Shown piece by piece: positions 1 to 11,439 of a stretch of DNA of 64,000 nt (the stretch's first letter is position 1; each line of letters begins with the position of its first letter). The notes under the pieces were generated by a model. It saw nothing but the letters and a program-made list of their open reading frames with translations. It was not told the origin of the DNA and ran no database searches. The DNA comes from Candidatus Uhrbacteria bacterium (GTDB lineage: Bacteria; Patescibacteriota; Patescibacteriia; UBA9934; GWF2-40-263), in the NCBI GenBank assembly GCA_023246355.1, contig JAHFIQ010000001.1:350247-414246 (forward strand). Reading direction: 5' to 3'. Made by a program: the position numbers and the translations under genes.

Positions 1-587
1 TCTCATCGGTCTCTGGTATCGCGGTGAATGACTACATTGTCCTTATTCAGGATCGCGGTGTCAGTCAAGTCTCAGCCATGGGTAAGGTCACGAGTATTGG
101 CGGCTCAACACTCACAGTCGACTCACTCACAAACAGTGGCACAGCACCTTCGATCGACGGAACGAATGACTACGTCTATGTCCTGAGCGGGGCCACCGTT
201 TCCTATGGAACGCTCAGTGACTCATCCGTGAGCACAGCGATCATTTCATTCGAGGTTTCAGCGGACAGTGCAAGTGGCTATGTCATTCAGATGAATGATG
301 ATGGCAATCTCAGATCAAGCTCGAGCGATGTTGATGATGTGAGTGACGGGACGGTCTCGGAGGGTTCAGAAGAATTTGGTGCTCGTTCATCAGACGCCAC
401 GCTAACCAGTTCAACGTTCGACACAGCAGATTCTGCTATCACAACGACCAGACAGGACGTTGTCACCAGAGGTTCAGTCACGATGTCAGATCGAAGTTTC
501 GTCACACTCAAGGCCTCGATCAGCACTTCGACATCGGCTGGCTCCTACGGAAATGTGATCTCTTTCATTGCGTCAGGAAATTTCTAG
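1..587 (+). CDS. Ser/Thr-rich cell-surface protein, WxL-like C-terminus (5' partial)
   Basis: Frame is open from the window start; ends 'AGSYGNVISFIASGNF', like WxL-type surface proteins; directly followed by a DUF916-like gene. Confidence 0.55.
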   Translation, partial: SSVSGIAVNDYIVLIQDRGVSQVSAMGKVTSIGGSTLTVDSLTNSGTAPSIDGTNDYVYVLSGATVSYGTLSDSSVSTAIISFEVSADSASGYVIQMNDDGNLRSSSSDVDDVSDGTVSEGSEEFGARSSDATLTSSTFDTADSAITTTRQDVVTRGSVTMSDRSFVTLKASISTSTSAGSYGNVISFIASGNF

Positions 588-590
588 ACT

Positions 591-1511
591 ATGAAAAGAC
601 TGCAACCATTCTTGATCAGCCTTTTCACGATGCTTCTCATTCCATCGGTTGCTTCTGCTGTTTCTGTTGCACCAACAAATCTTGAACTCACAGCTGAGCG
701 TGGTCAAACCATTTCCTCCAGCATCACTGTCCTGAATACACAAGCCTCCGATCAAGAATATTTCGTAGATCTCATGAGTTTTAAACCAAAGGACGATTCT
801 GGTACACCAGAATTTTTTTCTTCAGACGACTTCGCAAATGATTTAACAGGTTGGATACTATTTGACAGCAAGTCTTACATTGTTCCAGCTCTTTCTTCCT
901 CCGAAATTCCATTCCAAGTTGTTGTTCCAGATGATGTTCCATCTGGTGGCTATTACGCTGCCGTAACAGTTTCACCCGCACCAGCAGATGTTGTTGCTGC
1001 TAATGGGGCGATCATTGAAGCAAAAACAGCTGTACTCGTGCTACTGACCGTGGAAGGCGAGACGCAAGAAGATCTTGAGCTGTTGGATTTTGCTAGCACG
1101 GGTGGAGCTTTCGATCTCCCGCGACGTTCATTTCAGTTCCGATTACAGAATCAAGGCAATGTTCATGTCACACCGGTTGGAAACATCAAACTGACAGGTT
1201 TGTTTGGCCAAACGATTCTTGACCTTGATGCAAACAAAGATGAAGGTCGAGTGCTTCCAGCATCGACACGGATGTTTGCTGTGACGTCCAGCGATGAATC
1301 AACAAGTTGGTACGACACCGTCGCTTTTCAGCTCAGTCACCTCGCGATTGGTCCGGTCACAGCCACACTCGATCTCACATACGGAGAAAGTGGAGCGATT
1401 CAATCCTCACTTTCATTTTGGGTATTTCCCTGGCAGCTTCTTGTCACGCTCGTGGGCTTGCTGATCGTCTTGTGCGTTGGGTATCGATTCCTTAGACGAA
1501 AACGCTTGTAA
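591..1511 (+). CDS. DUF916-like (WxL-interacting / chaperone-like Ig-fold) membrane-anchored surface protein
   Basis: Signal peptide, 'SVAPT..EL', 'VPDDVPSGGYYAAV', 'NQGNVHVTP' motifs, C-terminal TM helix and basic tail. Confidence 0.65.
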   Translation: MKRLQPFLISLFTMLLIPSVASAVSVAPTNLELTAERGQTISSSITVLNTQASDQEYFVDLMSFKPKDDSGTPEFFSSDDFANDLTGWILFDSKSYIVPALSSSEIPFQVVVPDDVPSGGYYAAVTVSPAPADVVAANGAIIEAKTAVLVLLTVEGETQEDLELLDFASTGGAFDLPRRSFQFRLQNQGNVHVTPVGNIKLTGLFGQTILDLDANKDEGRVLPASTRMFAVTSSDESTSWYDTVAFQLSHLAIGPVTATLDLTYGESGAIQSSLSFWVFPWQLLVTLVGLLIVLCVGYRFLRRKRL

Positions 1512-1521
1512 AAAAATCTGT

Positions 1522-4500
1522 GTGTTTCTATTTAGAAGGCTCATTCAAACTCTCACACTAGCCATCGTGACTTTCACGATGTCTGCTGTGGTTGTTTCAA
1601 CAGCCAACGCGGCAACGATTACCGGAGTGAACGACTACCCAACCACGCTCCAGTCGTCCCAAGCTGCCAATCACACCGTGCTCTTTACAACACCAACAGG
1701 TGCAGCACTTGGCTCCACGATCACGCTTTCGTTTTCCACGCCGTTTGATACATCCACGATTACGGAAGACGATGTGGATGTGGCAGATGATGGAGTTGAT
1801 CTCACGACAGCTGCGACATGTGCAGGAACGGAACAGGCTTCTGTTTCTATCGCATCAGACGTTGTCACCATCACGATTTGTGCAGGTGATGGCGGCGCGA
1901 TTGCTGCCGCGTCTCAGATCACCATTGAGATCGGAACAAATGCCACTTCATCAGGAACAGGTTCAAATCGCATCACCAATCCGACTTCCACTGGAACCTA
2001 TTTCCTGAGCGTGGCTGGTACGTTTGGCGATGCTGGATCGATTGCGCTTCCCATTGCAGGAGATGATTCTGTATCCGTGACCGCTGATGTGGCTTCTCGC
2101 TCCAGTGGAACAGGAACAGGAGGCGGATCCTCGCCAACATCAGACACAACCGCTCCCACGATCAGCAACATCGTGGTGAGCAATGTGACGGAAACAAGCG
2201 CGACTATCACTTGGACCACAGATGAATCGTCCACCAGCTCGGTGAGCTATGGGATAACCAGCGACGCTGATGACTCGACGAGTTCCGATAGTTCATCCAC
2301 GACGTCCCACTCCACCACTCTGACAGGTCTTACCGCTGGGGAGACGTATTACTTTACGGTGAGCTCAACCGATAGCAGTGGTAACAGCGCGACTTCATCT
2401 GTTCAGTCATTCACAACGCTCGACGATACTGGTCCAGTGATTTCAAATGTGGAAGTCGTGAACATCACAACCACTTCTGCAACAGTCACCTGGACAACAG
2501 ATGAAGCCGCTGACAGTACCGTTTCCTACGGTGAGACCACGAGCTACGATTCATCAGAATCTGATAGCAGTCTTGTTACGTCGCATTCCATCACTCTGAC
2601 AGATCTCACTCCTGGGACCACGTACGACTTTCAAGTGCTGTCCTCAGATTTTTCTGGAAACCAATCGTACACAGATAACGACACATTTGAGACAGACGAA
2701 GACGGGACACCGACAAATGTTTCAGATCTCGCCGCAGATGCAGGAGACGAAACGATCGTTCTGACTTGGACAAATCCTGACGATGAAGATTTGGCTGGGG
2801 TTCTCATCCTTGTGTGCGTCAACGAATATCCAGACGGACCAAACGACGAAGATTGCACAGAGGTCGATGCGGGACTTGCTGAGTCTTACACACTCACAGG
2901 TCTCACAAACGGAACAACGTATTACATTGGTGTGTTCGCTTACGATGATGCAGGGCAATTTGCTTCTGGCGCTCTTGTGACAGCTGTCCCAAGTGCTTCA
3001 GAAAATGAGGTGCCCTCCGAAGAGACAACGGAGGCAGAAGAGGAACCTGGTACAGAAGAGCCAGGTGACGAAGAGACATCTGTTCCAGATTCCGGAACAG
3101 GTGAAGAAACAACTCCAGGTGAGGAACCCTCATCCGGAGAAGATCTTACGACTGGAGAGGCGTCAGAGGAACCTACCTCCTTGGGTGCGGAGGATGGGAC
3201 TTTGAGTGATGCCGATATCCAGTACTTTGTGGAAGAAGAATCACTTGAGCTGACCACGGACACCTCTGTGGTCGAAGTGCTTTCCGAAAGCACTGTGCTT
3301 ATTTCGATTCCCTCCTCGGAAATTTCAGATGACGCCACCTCTGTCTTGGTGACGATCGGTTCTGAAACATACCTCATGGTGTTCAATGAGGAGTCCGGTT
3401 CCTATGAAGCAGAAGTCATGCTTTCCGACGCGGACGGTGTGTACACACTGACCGTGACTGTCGCCTCAGGCGATGGGTCGGAGTCTGTTTCTTCATACCT
3501 GTACATCGTCAATCCAGGCGATGTCTACCAGGTCGTCGATGATGAAGAAGCAGCCGTGGCCGATGCAACAGTAACACTCTATGAAGTGGTAGATGGTGAG
3601 CTGATCGTTTGGGATGGTTCCCCGTACGGTCAGGAGAATCCCACTCCCACAGCGGCAGATGGTACGTTCGCTTGGTATGTTCCAAACGGAACATACGTCG
3701 TGGTCGTGACGGCTGAGGGGTTTGAAACAGCACAAACCTCACAGCTCGTAATCGATAACGGCATTGTGAATCCTAGGATTCTTCTGACGGCCCTGGCGGT
3801 GCCTGAGGAAGAACAAGGAACAGCTCTTGAAGAAGGAGAGACCACCTCCCTTATTCAAAACGTTCTCTCTGTCTCCTCGGTTGAGGCCTTGCAAGAGGCG
3901 CTCTCTCAACTGCGAGACATTCCAGGTGTAGAAACGGCCGCTGAGATTTCGACGCCCGTGCTTGCCCTTGGTGCAGGTGTGAGCTTGGTCGTGCTGTCTC
4001 TGGCCTACGATTTCCTGTCTCTTCTTCAATATCTTTTTACAGCGCCTCTCCTATTTTTGTGGCGCCGCAAGAGGAAAGGATACGGAGTCGTCTACAACGC
4101 GATTGGCAAAAAACCAATCGACTTGGCTCTGGTACGTCTGTACCAGCTGACAAACGGTGAGGAGGCGACGCCACGCTCCGGCCGCCTCCTCCAAAGTCGT
4201 GTTACCGACCGCGAAGGTCGCTACTACTTTCTTGTGTCCCCTGGACGGTATCGGTTGAGTGTCACCAAATCTGGGTTCGAGTTTCCCTCGGAGTATTTGA
4301 AAGGTGAGAACACCGATGGTCAGTACTTGGATGTGTATCATGGCGAAGTGATTGAGGTGAAGGATAAGGATGCGGTCATCACGGCGAATATCCCGATGGA
4401 TCCGTCACAAGCAGATGCGTATCAAACACCATCGGCTGTTGTGTGGCACAAACGTCTGCGCAAGCTTCAGCACAGCTTCTCAGCTCTCGGGATTGTGGCA

Positions 4501-4887
4501 GCACTTGCCTTTGCGATCATCCGTCCAACGCCTTGGTCAATCACCATGGTCTTCATCCAACTCGCGGTGTATCTGCTGGTGCGACGACTTGCCAAACCAT
4601 ACAAGCCCATGAACTGGGGAATCGTGTATGACAAAAACACGGGTCGGCCGTTAGCTCGTGTTGTCGCTCGTATCTTTGAGCCCAAGTACAACAAATTGCT
4701 CGAGACACAAGTGACAGATAGCAAAGGACGGTATGCGTTCTTGCTGGGACCAAACGAATACTTTGCGGTGTTTCAAAAAGATGGCTATCAGACCGCAGAA
4801 GTTCGACCGATCGATTACTCGGCACATGAAGAACCAGCGAACTTCGGTGAGACCGTTGCCCTTGAACTCAATCAAACCGCAACCTGA
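1522..4887 (+). CDS. Large surface protein with fibronectin type III / Ig-like repeats and carboxypeptidase-regulatory-like domains
   Basis: Signal peptide; 'SATITWTTDE...YG...LTAGETY' FN3 repeats; acidic linker; 'VTDREGRY'/'VTDSKGRY' motifs; C-terminal TM segments; start codon uncertain. Confidence 0.75.
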   Translation: MFLFRRLIQTLTLAIVTFTMSAVVVSTANAATITGVNDYPTTLQSSQAANHTVLFTTPTGAALGSTITLSFSTPFDTSTITEDDVDVADDGVDLTTAATCAGTEQASVSIASDVVTITICAGDGGAIAAASQITIEIGTNATSSGTGSNRITNPTSTGTYFLSVAGTFGDAGSIALPIAGDDSVSVTADVASRSSGTGTGGGSSPTSDTTAPTISNIVVSNVTETSATITWTTDESSTSSVSYGITSDADDSTSSDSSSTTSHSTTLTGLTAGETYYFTVSSTDSSGNSATSSVQSFTTLDDTGPVISNVEVVNITTTSATVTWTTDEAADSTVSYGETTSYDSSESDSSLVTSHSITLTDLTPGTTYDFQVLSSDFSGNQSYTDNDTFETDEDGTPTNVSDLAADAGDETIVLTWTNPDDEDLAGVLILVCVNEYPDGPNDEDCTEVDAGLAESYTLTGLTNGTTYYIGVFAYDDAGQFASGALVTAVPSASENEVPSEETTEAEEEPGTEEPGDEETSVPDSGTGEETTPGEEPSSGEDLTTGEASEEPTSLGAEDGTLSDADIQYFVEEESLELTTDTSVVEVLSESTVLISIPSSEISDDATSVLVTIGSETYLMVFNEESGSYEAEVMLSDADGVYTLTVTVASGDGSESVSSYLYIVNPGDVYQVVDDEEAAVADATVTLYEVVDGELIVWDGSPYGQENPTPTAADGTFAWYVPNGTYVVVVTAEGFETAQTSQLVIDNGIVNPRILLTALAVPEEEQGTALEEGETTSLIQNVLSVSSVEALQEALSQLRDIPGVETAAEISTPVLALGAGVSLVVLSLAYDFLSLLQYLFTAPLLFLWRRKRKGYGVVYNAIGKKPIDLALVRLYQLTNGEEATPRSGRLLQSRVTDREGRYYFLVSPGRYRLSVTKSGFEFPSEYLKGENTDGQYLDVYHGEVIEVKDKDAVITANIPMDPSQADAYQTPSAVVWHKRLRKLQHSFSALGIVAALAFAIIRPTPWSITMVFIQLAVYLLVRRLAKPYKPMNWGIVYDKNTGRPLARVVARIFEPKYNKLLETQVTDSKGRYAFLLGPNEYFAVFQKDGYQTAEVRPIDYSAHEEPANFGETVALELNQTAT

Positions 4888-4899
4888 TCGCCCACATCT

Positions 4900-7800
4900 A
4901 TGTTCTTATCAGGGAGGAAACAATCTCTCGCCCTTGTCCTCATCACCCTCGTGTCGATGATGAGCTTTGTGTTTTCTTCCCAAGCCGCTGCGCCGACCAA
5001 CATCGTGACCTATCAAGGCCGATTGTTGAATTCAAATTCTGTCCCGGTTTCTGACACGAGCCTTTCCATGAAATTTTTCTTCTATACGGCTGTCACGGGT
5101 GGAACCTGTGTCTGGTCTAACTCTTCCGCGACATGCAACAGCAACACACCAGCTTCCACCACCGCTCGAACCGTCACACTCACCTCAGGACTCTTCACCC
5201 AAAATTTGGGCGACACGGGAGATTCCTTCGCCGCCATTTCCGATTCGATTTTTGCAGATAACTCAACCTTGTTTTTAGAAGTGATCGTTGGCAGTGAAAC
5301 GCTTTCCCCTCGTCGCCGACTCACCGCGGCTCCTTATGCTCTGAACGCACAGACATTGGATGGGATTGATTCTGGATCTTTTCTGCGCGACACAGGGGAT
5401 ACAGCCACGGGGGATTATGACCTGACCGGAGCCACTCTCTCGGGAGGTTCTCCGATTGTGTTGGAAGGTGCCTCCGCAAATAGCTTTGAAACAACACTGG
5501 CTCTGACAGATCCAACAGCTGATCGAACGATCACCTTTCAAAATGGCTCTGGCACGGTCGCGTTTTTGACAGACGTCACGGGTGGAGGTTTATGGGAGTC
5601 AGGCACATTTGTCTACGAAGATGATTCTGCTGTTGTGGTCGGCGCTGATGCCGCTTTCACGTATGCCAGTGGTGGTGTGGGAGATTTGCGTGTGGCAGAT
5701 CAGCTGGAAGTGCTTGATGATATTTTCGTTGATAATGATTTGGTTGTCGGCGCCTCGACGTCATCTACAGAAACGATTGCAAACAGTTCATTTAGTTTGG
5801 GCGGCAACGACTTCTTTGCGGCAAGTGATGTGGGTGTGGAAGGAAACGTCTATATCGACGGCGCGATTGATTTGGTTGGCACGGCGACGGTCGGTGACCT
5901 TGCCTGTACGGATTGTTTGGACTTTGCAGAACTTGTCGATGCCTTGTCTTTGGATGCCTCGACGTCCATAGCACTTGACGGAAGTGAAACGTTTTCGATT
6001 ACCAACGGCGGTACAGGCAATGTCATCACCAACCTCTCTTCCACGGGAGACTTTGTGATTCAAGATAATGGCGCGGCCATTCTCACGGTTGCGGACGATG
6101 ATGTTCTTACCTATTCAACGGACTTAACAACGACCAGTGCGATTGGATTCACAGGCAACAGTCTTACCACAGGAAGTCTGCTAAACCTTTCTGCCACAGG
6201 TCTCACAACCGGAACAGCTTTGACTGTGACGGCCAGCAATGTGAGCACAGCCAACTCGGCTTCAGTGCTGAATCGTTTCGTGTTGACCAACAGTCAATCG
6301 ACCATCGCCAATACAGGGATCACCGGTTTGTCTGTTGGGTTTACCAATGCCCCCTCCATTGCTGGAAACACAGAGCGAGTTGTGTCCATTAGCAACGAGT
6401 CCACAACCAACACAACAGATAACCTCGTTACAGCGTTGCTTGCTTTGGATAATGCTGATACATCGACGACGGGATCTACGGTTGTCACAGATGCGATCTC
6501 GATCGCCGTCTCAGGAGCGATTGCCAACGGCATCGTGGACGCGATCGACGCCTCGGATGCCAACATTACCAACGCCCTCAACATCGGAACCAACACGATT
6601 CTTGGTACGACCGGTGTGATTGATTTTAGCAGTTTTGATGTTGATGGGAGTGGGAATGTCACGGCGAATGATTTCATCTGCACGGACTGTGTGGACTTTA
6701 CCGAGATGATCGATGCCATGTCTTTGGATGCTTCAACATCGATCGCGATGGACGGTTCTGAAACCTACACCCTCACCAACGGCGGTACAGGCAATGTCGT
6801 CACCAACCTCTCCTCTACGGGAGACTTTGTTATCCAGGATAACGGTGCGGCCGTTCTCACCGTTGCCGATAATGATGTCTTTACCTATACAACGGATTTG
6901 ACGACCACCAGTGCGATGACACTTACAGGCAACAGCCTCACCACCGGGAGTCTTTTGAATCTGTCATCAACAGCTCTTACAACGGGTTCAGCCCTGAGTG
7001 TTGTGGCGACCAATGCCAACACAGCCAATTCCTCCACACGTTTGAGTCAATTCTCGTTTACGAACTCTCAAGCAACCGTTGCAAATGGAGATATTGCCGG
7101 ACTGTTTCTTAATTTTACGAACAGTCCATCGATTGGTGGCAACACCGAGCGTGCCATGTCGATTGTGAATGCTCCAACATCCAACACAACGGATAATGCC
7201 GTGGCTGCGCTTCTGTCTTTGGATAACGCTGATACGTCAGGAACAGGTTCTACGGTTATTACCGATGCCCTGTCGATCACGGTGTCAGGAGCGATTTCAG
7301 ATGGGATCGTGGACGCGATTGATGCTTCCGATAGCAACATCACTAACGCTCTCAATGTTGGTGCCAACACGATTACAGGAACGACCGCGGTGATTGACTT
7401 CAACAGCTTTGATGTGGATAACAGCGGTATTGTCACGGCGAGTGACTACGTGTGCACGGACTGTATCGACTTTGCTGAGCTCATCGATTCCATGTCTCTG
7501 GACGCGTCTACCTCTATTGCGATGGATGGCTCAGAAAACTTCACCGTGACCAATGGTGGAACAGGAAACATGGTTGTGAACCTGTCATCGACAGGCGACT
7601 TTGTGTTGCAGGATTCTGGATCACCCTTTTTCTCTATCAATGACAACAAAGTTATTTCTTATTCCACAGACCTTGCAACAAGCAATGCTGTGGCTCTCAC
7701 CGGCAACAGTCTTACCACCGCCAACCTGTTGACCCTGACAAGCACCGCACTCACGACAGGATCAGCGCTCTCAGTTACCGCCTCAAATACCAATACAGCC

Positions 7801-10800
7801 AATTCGATTTCGAGCATGGCCGTTTTTGCCCTTACCAACGCTCAATCAACAGTAGCCAATGATGATGTCAATGGTTTGGTTGTGAGGTTCACCAACAATC
7901 CGTCGGTTGCTGGAAACAATGAGCGCGCCATGGTGGTTACAAATCTTGCGACGAGCAATACCACAGACAACGCTGTCCAAGCTCTTCTCAATTTGGATAA
8001 TGGAGATACCAGCGCCACAGGTTCCACGGTTGTCACAAACGCCTTGATCGTCTCTGTTTCAGGATCGATTGCCGACGGCATTATTGATGCAGTCGATGCT
8101 TCTGACTCCAATATCACCAATGCTCTGAACATCGGATCAAACATCATTACAGGAACCACCGGTGTGATTGATTTCAATAGCTTTGATGTTGGACCGGTTG
8201 CTAGTGCCAATAGTGGGACGACAACTTCCATTGTTGATGTTGGATACGTCACTCCGGTGGATACCTCTGGAACAAATATTCACCAAGGCATCACTATTGA
8301 CATGGATATCGGTAACTCAACAGGCGGTACCAATAGTGTGAATGCACTTGAACTCGAGGGAATGACTGGAGATCCGGAGGTTGCAAACGTTCATGCGATT
8401 GATATCGGGGCTCTCACAGGATCTGCCGCGACAAATGAAACCGCTCTCCAAATTGGAACAGGGTGGGATGCGGATATTGCCTTCTTAAATGCCACTCAGG
8501 CAAGTCTGCGTATCCCAAATGGTTCACGACTTCAGTTTCAAGACTCGACGTCAACGGAAATTTTGACGCTTCAGGACGTTTCAAATTCTTTAAATCACAA
8601 CTTGGCCATTGATGCTGATACAGGGCTGTCATTTGATAGCAATGCGGATTCCGATGCAGACATCACGACTCCTACAGCCGAAGCTCTGCGCATCACGCCA
8701 GGTGGAGTTGGAGATGTTATTTTTACGATCGATGCAGACAGCAATGTCCAGATGACCGCAGGTGTTGCGCCGGGTGTGGACATGCTCTCGCTCTCAAACA
8801 GTGGTTTTGCAACAACCACAACGGATGTGAACGGGCTGCAAATTGATTTCAGTTCAACAGGTGCTGCCGCTCAGGCACTGTTTGTTGAAACGACGTATGT
8901 TGGTGGTGCGACAGATGCGCTTAACTTTGACGGTATTTTTATCGGAGATATCAATCCAACCAATGCCGCGGGGACGGACACGGTTGCGGGAATCCACATT
9001 GGAACCATCACAGATCCAGGCGCGAACATTACCTCCACTGGTCTTCGTATTGACGCAGGATATGATGCTAACATTGCCATCATTGACTCGTCATCTGTGT
9101 TCGATATCACCAACGGTGGCACGCTGGCGTTTCGAGACACCTCAAATACGATCATGCTCCTGACAGATAACGGTTCCGATGGGGTGCTGAGCATCAATAA
9201 CATTTCAACCGCTGATCCTGCGGTCAATGTGTACGACGTGGCTGTGAATACCACGATCGATATTGGTGGTGTGACGAACGATTCTGCCAACAGCGTGAAC
9301 ATTGCGACCAACGCGACCAGCGGAGACACGATTTCGATTGGAAACACGGCCGGCGGAACCAACGTCACGATCACGGCCGGTGGAACGATTGATTTGGAAG
9401 GGTCCGTGACAGCGGATTTGGCAGCCATTGGTGCCACACAGTTTGCGCTCTGTCACACCAATTCTGACACCAACGACGAACCGATCGGTGACTGTTCGGG
9501 TGCGCCAACCGCTGACTATGCGGAGCAATATCCTGTGGAGACTGGCATTTCGTATGGCGACATTGTGGTGCCTGGGGCGCGGGAAGTGACAACCACTGAA
9601 GGCCAGACCATTACACAACTTGTGAAATCTTCTGAGCCGTATCAAGGTCCCATCGCTGGAATCGTTTCCAATAACTACGGAGACTTTACCTCGGCTGGGT
9701 ACAACATTGAGGCGGGTGACAATCCCATGCCCATTGCCCTTGTCGGACGTGTTCCTGTGAAGGTGACAAACGAAGGCGGTGCCATTCAAGTAGGTGACTA
9801 TCTCACAACTTCTTCCACAGCTGGTCGTGCCATGAAAGCCAGTAAAGTCGGTCGCGTGATCGGCATGGCTTTGCAGAATTGGGATGGCGTGAGCGATACA
9901 ATCATGGTGCAGGTGAACAACTCTTGGTACATGGGAGAGGTGATTGGAACCGACGGTGTCTCAACGCTTGTCACGGACAATGTTGTTGTGTCCTCATTTG
10001 CAACCGCAACCGCTGAGGCACCGACCTTTGACTCCTACGGGCTCTCACTGCGAGGTTCTGTTTGGAATGGATCAGAAGCAGAAGCCGTGGAGATGATGAT
10101 GAAGAACGTTGTTGATAGTGAAGATGAGTATCGACTCAGCATTCGCAATACATCCGAAACCGAAGTTGCCTACATCACCGACGAAGGGACCATGAAGATT
10201 GCTGGTGACATGATCGTTGGTGGAAATTTGTATCCGTCGGATCGTGGAGTTCCTCAAACCGACAAATATATTTACTACGATGGATCAGAAGGGTCAGCTG
10301 GGGACTTCATGCGCACCAATGCCAAAGGTTGGTCCACGGGATCTTACGACTTTGCCGAAATGTTCCCGTCGTCTGAGACACTTGAGGCTGGTGAAGTAGT
10401 CGCGTTCTCCGGATCAGGCCATGACGTTATTCGTGCAACAGGTGCACAGGGAGAGCAACTTGCTGGTATCGTTTCCACACGTCCAGGATTTTTGGCTGGC
10501 GAGAACATCGAAGGTTCCTATCCAATCGCGCTTGCTGGCCGTGTCCCAACAAAGGTGAGTGAAGAGAATGGTGCGATCGCGATTGGCGATCCTCTGACAT
10601 CAAGTGCAACAACAGGCCTGGCCGTGAAGGCGAGTGAGAGTGGTCAGATTGTTGGTTATGCCTTGGAGGCGTATGACGGATCTCAGTCTGATGATCTGAT
10701 CCTCGTCTATGTGAATATCGGGTACTGGCAAGATGATACGGTGGTGCAAAACACAGCCTCAGAAGTTTCAGGCAATACAAATTTCTCTGCACTCAACATG

Positions 10801-11439
10801 ACCGGCAACATCTCAATGAACTCTTATGAGATAAACGGGATTGGGAAGCTCACCGGCATGGGAGATTCGTGGTCACTCGCATCCGACGGAACGCTCACAA
10901 CTTCCGGTTTGTTGAAGACGGTCATCGATTCTTATCAAAATGAAAAAGTCGAGACGGTCGCGGTGACCTCTCCTGAAGTGATGATTACACTCACTGGAAC
11001 GGCCGTTCTTGAAAACGATCAACTCGAAATTCGATTTGAAGATGTGATTCCTGAATACAATGATGTTATTTCTGCTGACGCGCCGATTCGCGTGTTTGTG
11101 ACGCCACATGGACCTGTTTCCTTGTACGTCTCTGAGTCTGACCAAAATCATTTCGTGGTGACGCGGTTCCAAGGTGACTTGGATGTTGAGTTCGATTGGA
11201 TGGTGAGCGCGTATCGAAAAGGATATGAACCTGAGGAGGAGGTAGAAGAGGTGGATGAGGTAGACATGGTAGACCCAGGCTTCAGCATGGGTGCGACTGA
11301 AGAAACTGAATCATCTGACACAGAATCAGAAATGACAGCCGATTCTGCATCTCCGGAGAGTCCGGACACAACCATTGTTGATCAAGTGATTGAATCTGAT
11401 GGCGGCGCAACAGCCGAGCCCGAGACACAATCACCCTGA
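4900..11439 (+). CDS. Giant secreted fibre/adhesin-like protein (2179 aa) with three long repeats and two peptidase G2/intramolecular-chaperone-like domains
   Basis: Signal peptide; N-terminal 'YQGRL'; T/S/N/D/G-rich beta-rich body; two 'D[YF]AE...GIVS...PIAL.GRVP.KV..E.GAI..GD.LT.S' domains. Confidence 0.75.
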   Translation: MFLSGRKQSLALVLITLVSMMSFVFSSQAAAPTNIVTYQGRLLNSNSVPVSDTSLSMKFFFYTAVTGGTCVWSNSSATCNSNTPASTTARTVTLTSGLFTQNLGDTGDSFAAISDSIFADNSTLFLEVIVGSETLSPRRRLTAAPYALNAQTLDGIDSGSFLRDTGDTATGDYDLTGATLSGGSPIVLEGASANSFETTLALTDPTADRTITFQNGSGTVAFLTDVTGGGLWESGTFVYEDDSAVVVGADAAFTYASGGVGDLRVADQLEVLDDIFVDNDLVVGASTSSTETIANSSFSLGGNDFFAASDVGVEGNVYIDGAIDLVGTATVGDLACTDCLDFAELVDALSLDASTSIALDGSETFSITNGGTGNVITNLSSTGDFVIQDNGAAILTVADDDVLTYSTDLTTTSAIGFTGNSLTTGSLLNLSATGLTTGTALTVTASNVSTANSASVLNRFVLTNSQSTIANTGITGLSVGFTNAPSIAGNTERVVSISNESTTNTTDNLVTALLALDNADTSTTGSTVVTDAISIAVSGAIANGIVDAIDASDANITNALNIGTNTILGTTGVIDFSSFDVDGSGNVTANDFICTDCVDFTEMIDAMSLDASTSIAMDGSETYTLTNGGTGNVVTNLSSTGDFVIQDNGAAVLTVADNDVFTYTTDLTTTSAMTLTGNSLTTGSLLNLSSTALTTGSALSVVATNANTANSSTRLSQFSFTNSQATVANGDIAGLFLNFTNSPSIGGNTERAMSIVNAPTSNTTDNAVAALLSLDNADTSGTGSTVITDALSITVSGAISDGIVDAIDASDSNITNALNVGANTITGTTAVIDFNSFDVDNSGIVTASDYVCTDCIDFAELIDSMSLDASTSIAMDGSENFTVTNGGTGNMVVNLSSTGDFVLQDSGSPFFSINDNKVISYSTDLATSNAVALTGNSLTTANLLTLTSTALTTGSALSVTASNTNTANSISSMAVFALTNAQSTVANDDVNGLVVRFTNNPSVAGNNERAMVVTNLATSNTTDNAVQALLNLDNGDTSATGSTVVTNALIVSVSGSIADGIIDAVDASDSNITNALNIGSNIITGTTGVIDFNSFDVGPVASANSGTTTSIVDVGYVTPVDTSGTNIHQGITIDMDIGNSTGGTNSVNALELEGMTGDPEVANVHAIDIGALTGSAATNETALQIGTGWDADIAFLNATQASLRIPNGSRLQFQDSTSTEILTLQDVSNSLNHNLAIDADTGLSFDSNADSDADITTPTAEALRITPGGVGDVIFTIDADSNVQMTAGVAPGVDMLSLSNSGFATTTTDVNGLQIDFSSTGAAAQALFVETTYVGGATDALNFDGIFIGDINPTNAAGTDTVAGIHIGTITDPGANITSTGLRIDAGYDANIAIIDSSSVFDITNGGTLAFRDTSNTIMLLTDNGSDGVLSINNISTADPAVNVYDVAVNTTIDIGGVTNDSANSVNIATNATSGDTISIGNTAGGTNVTITAGGTIDLEGSVTADLAAIGATQFALCHTNSDTNDEPIGDCSGAPTADYAEQYPVETGISYGDIVVPGAREVTTTEGQTITQLVKSSEPYQGPIAGIVSNNYGDFTSAGYNIEAGDNPMPIALVGRVPVKVTNEGGAIQVGDYLTTSSTAGRAMKASKVGRVIGMALQNWDGVSDTIMVQVNNSWYMGEVIGTDGVSTLVTDNVVVSSFATATAEAPTFDSYGLSLRGSVWNGSEAEAVEMMMKNVVDSEDEYRLSIRNTSETEVAYITDEGTMKIAGDMIVGGNLYPSDRGVPQTDKYIYYDGSEGSAGDFMRTNAKGWSTGSYDFAEMFPSSETLEAGEVVAFSGSGHDVIRATGAQGEQLAGIVSTRPGFLAGENIEGSYPIALAGRVPTKVSEENGAIAIGDPLTSSATTGLAVKASESGQIVGYALEAYDGSQSDDLILVYVNIGYWQDDTVVQNTASEVSGNTNFSALNMTGNISMNSYEINGIGKLTGMGDSWSLASDGTLTTSGLLKTVIDSYQNEKVETVAVTSPEVMITLTGTAVLENDQLEIRFEDVIPEYNDVISADAPIRVFVTPHGPVSLYVSESDQNHFVVTRFQGDLDVEFDWMVSAYRKGYEPEEEVEEVDEVDMVDPGFSMGATEETESSDTESEMTADSASPESPDTTIVDQVIESDGGATAEPETQSP
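5880..8190 (+). repeat. Three tandem 774-bp (258-aa) intragenic repeats
   Basis: 'CTDC[LVI]DF' begins at 5905, 6679 and 7453 (exact 774-bp spacing); outer boundaries approximate. Confidence 0.85.
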
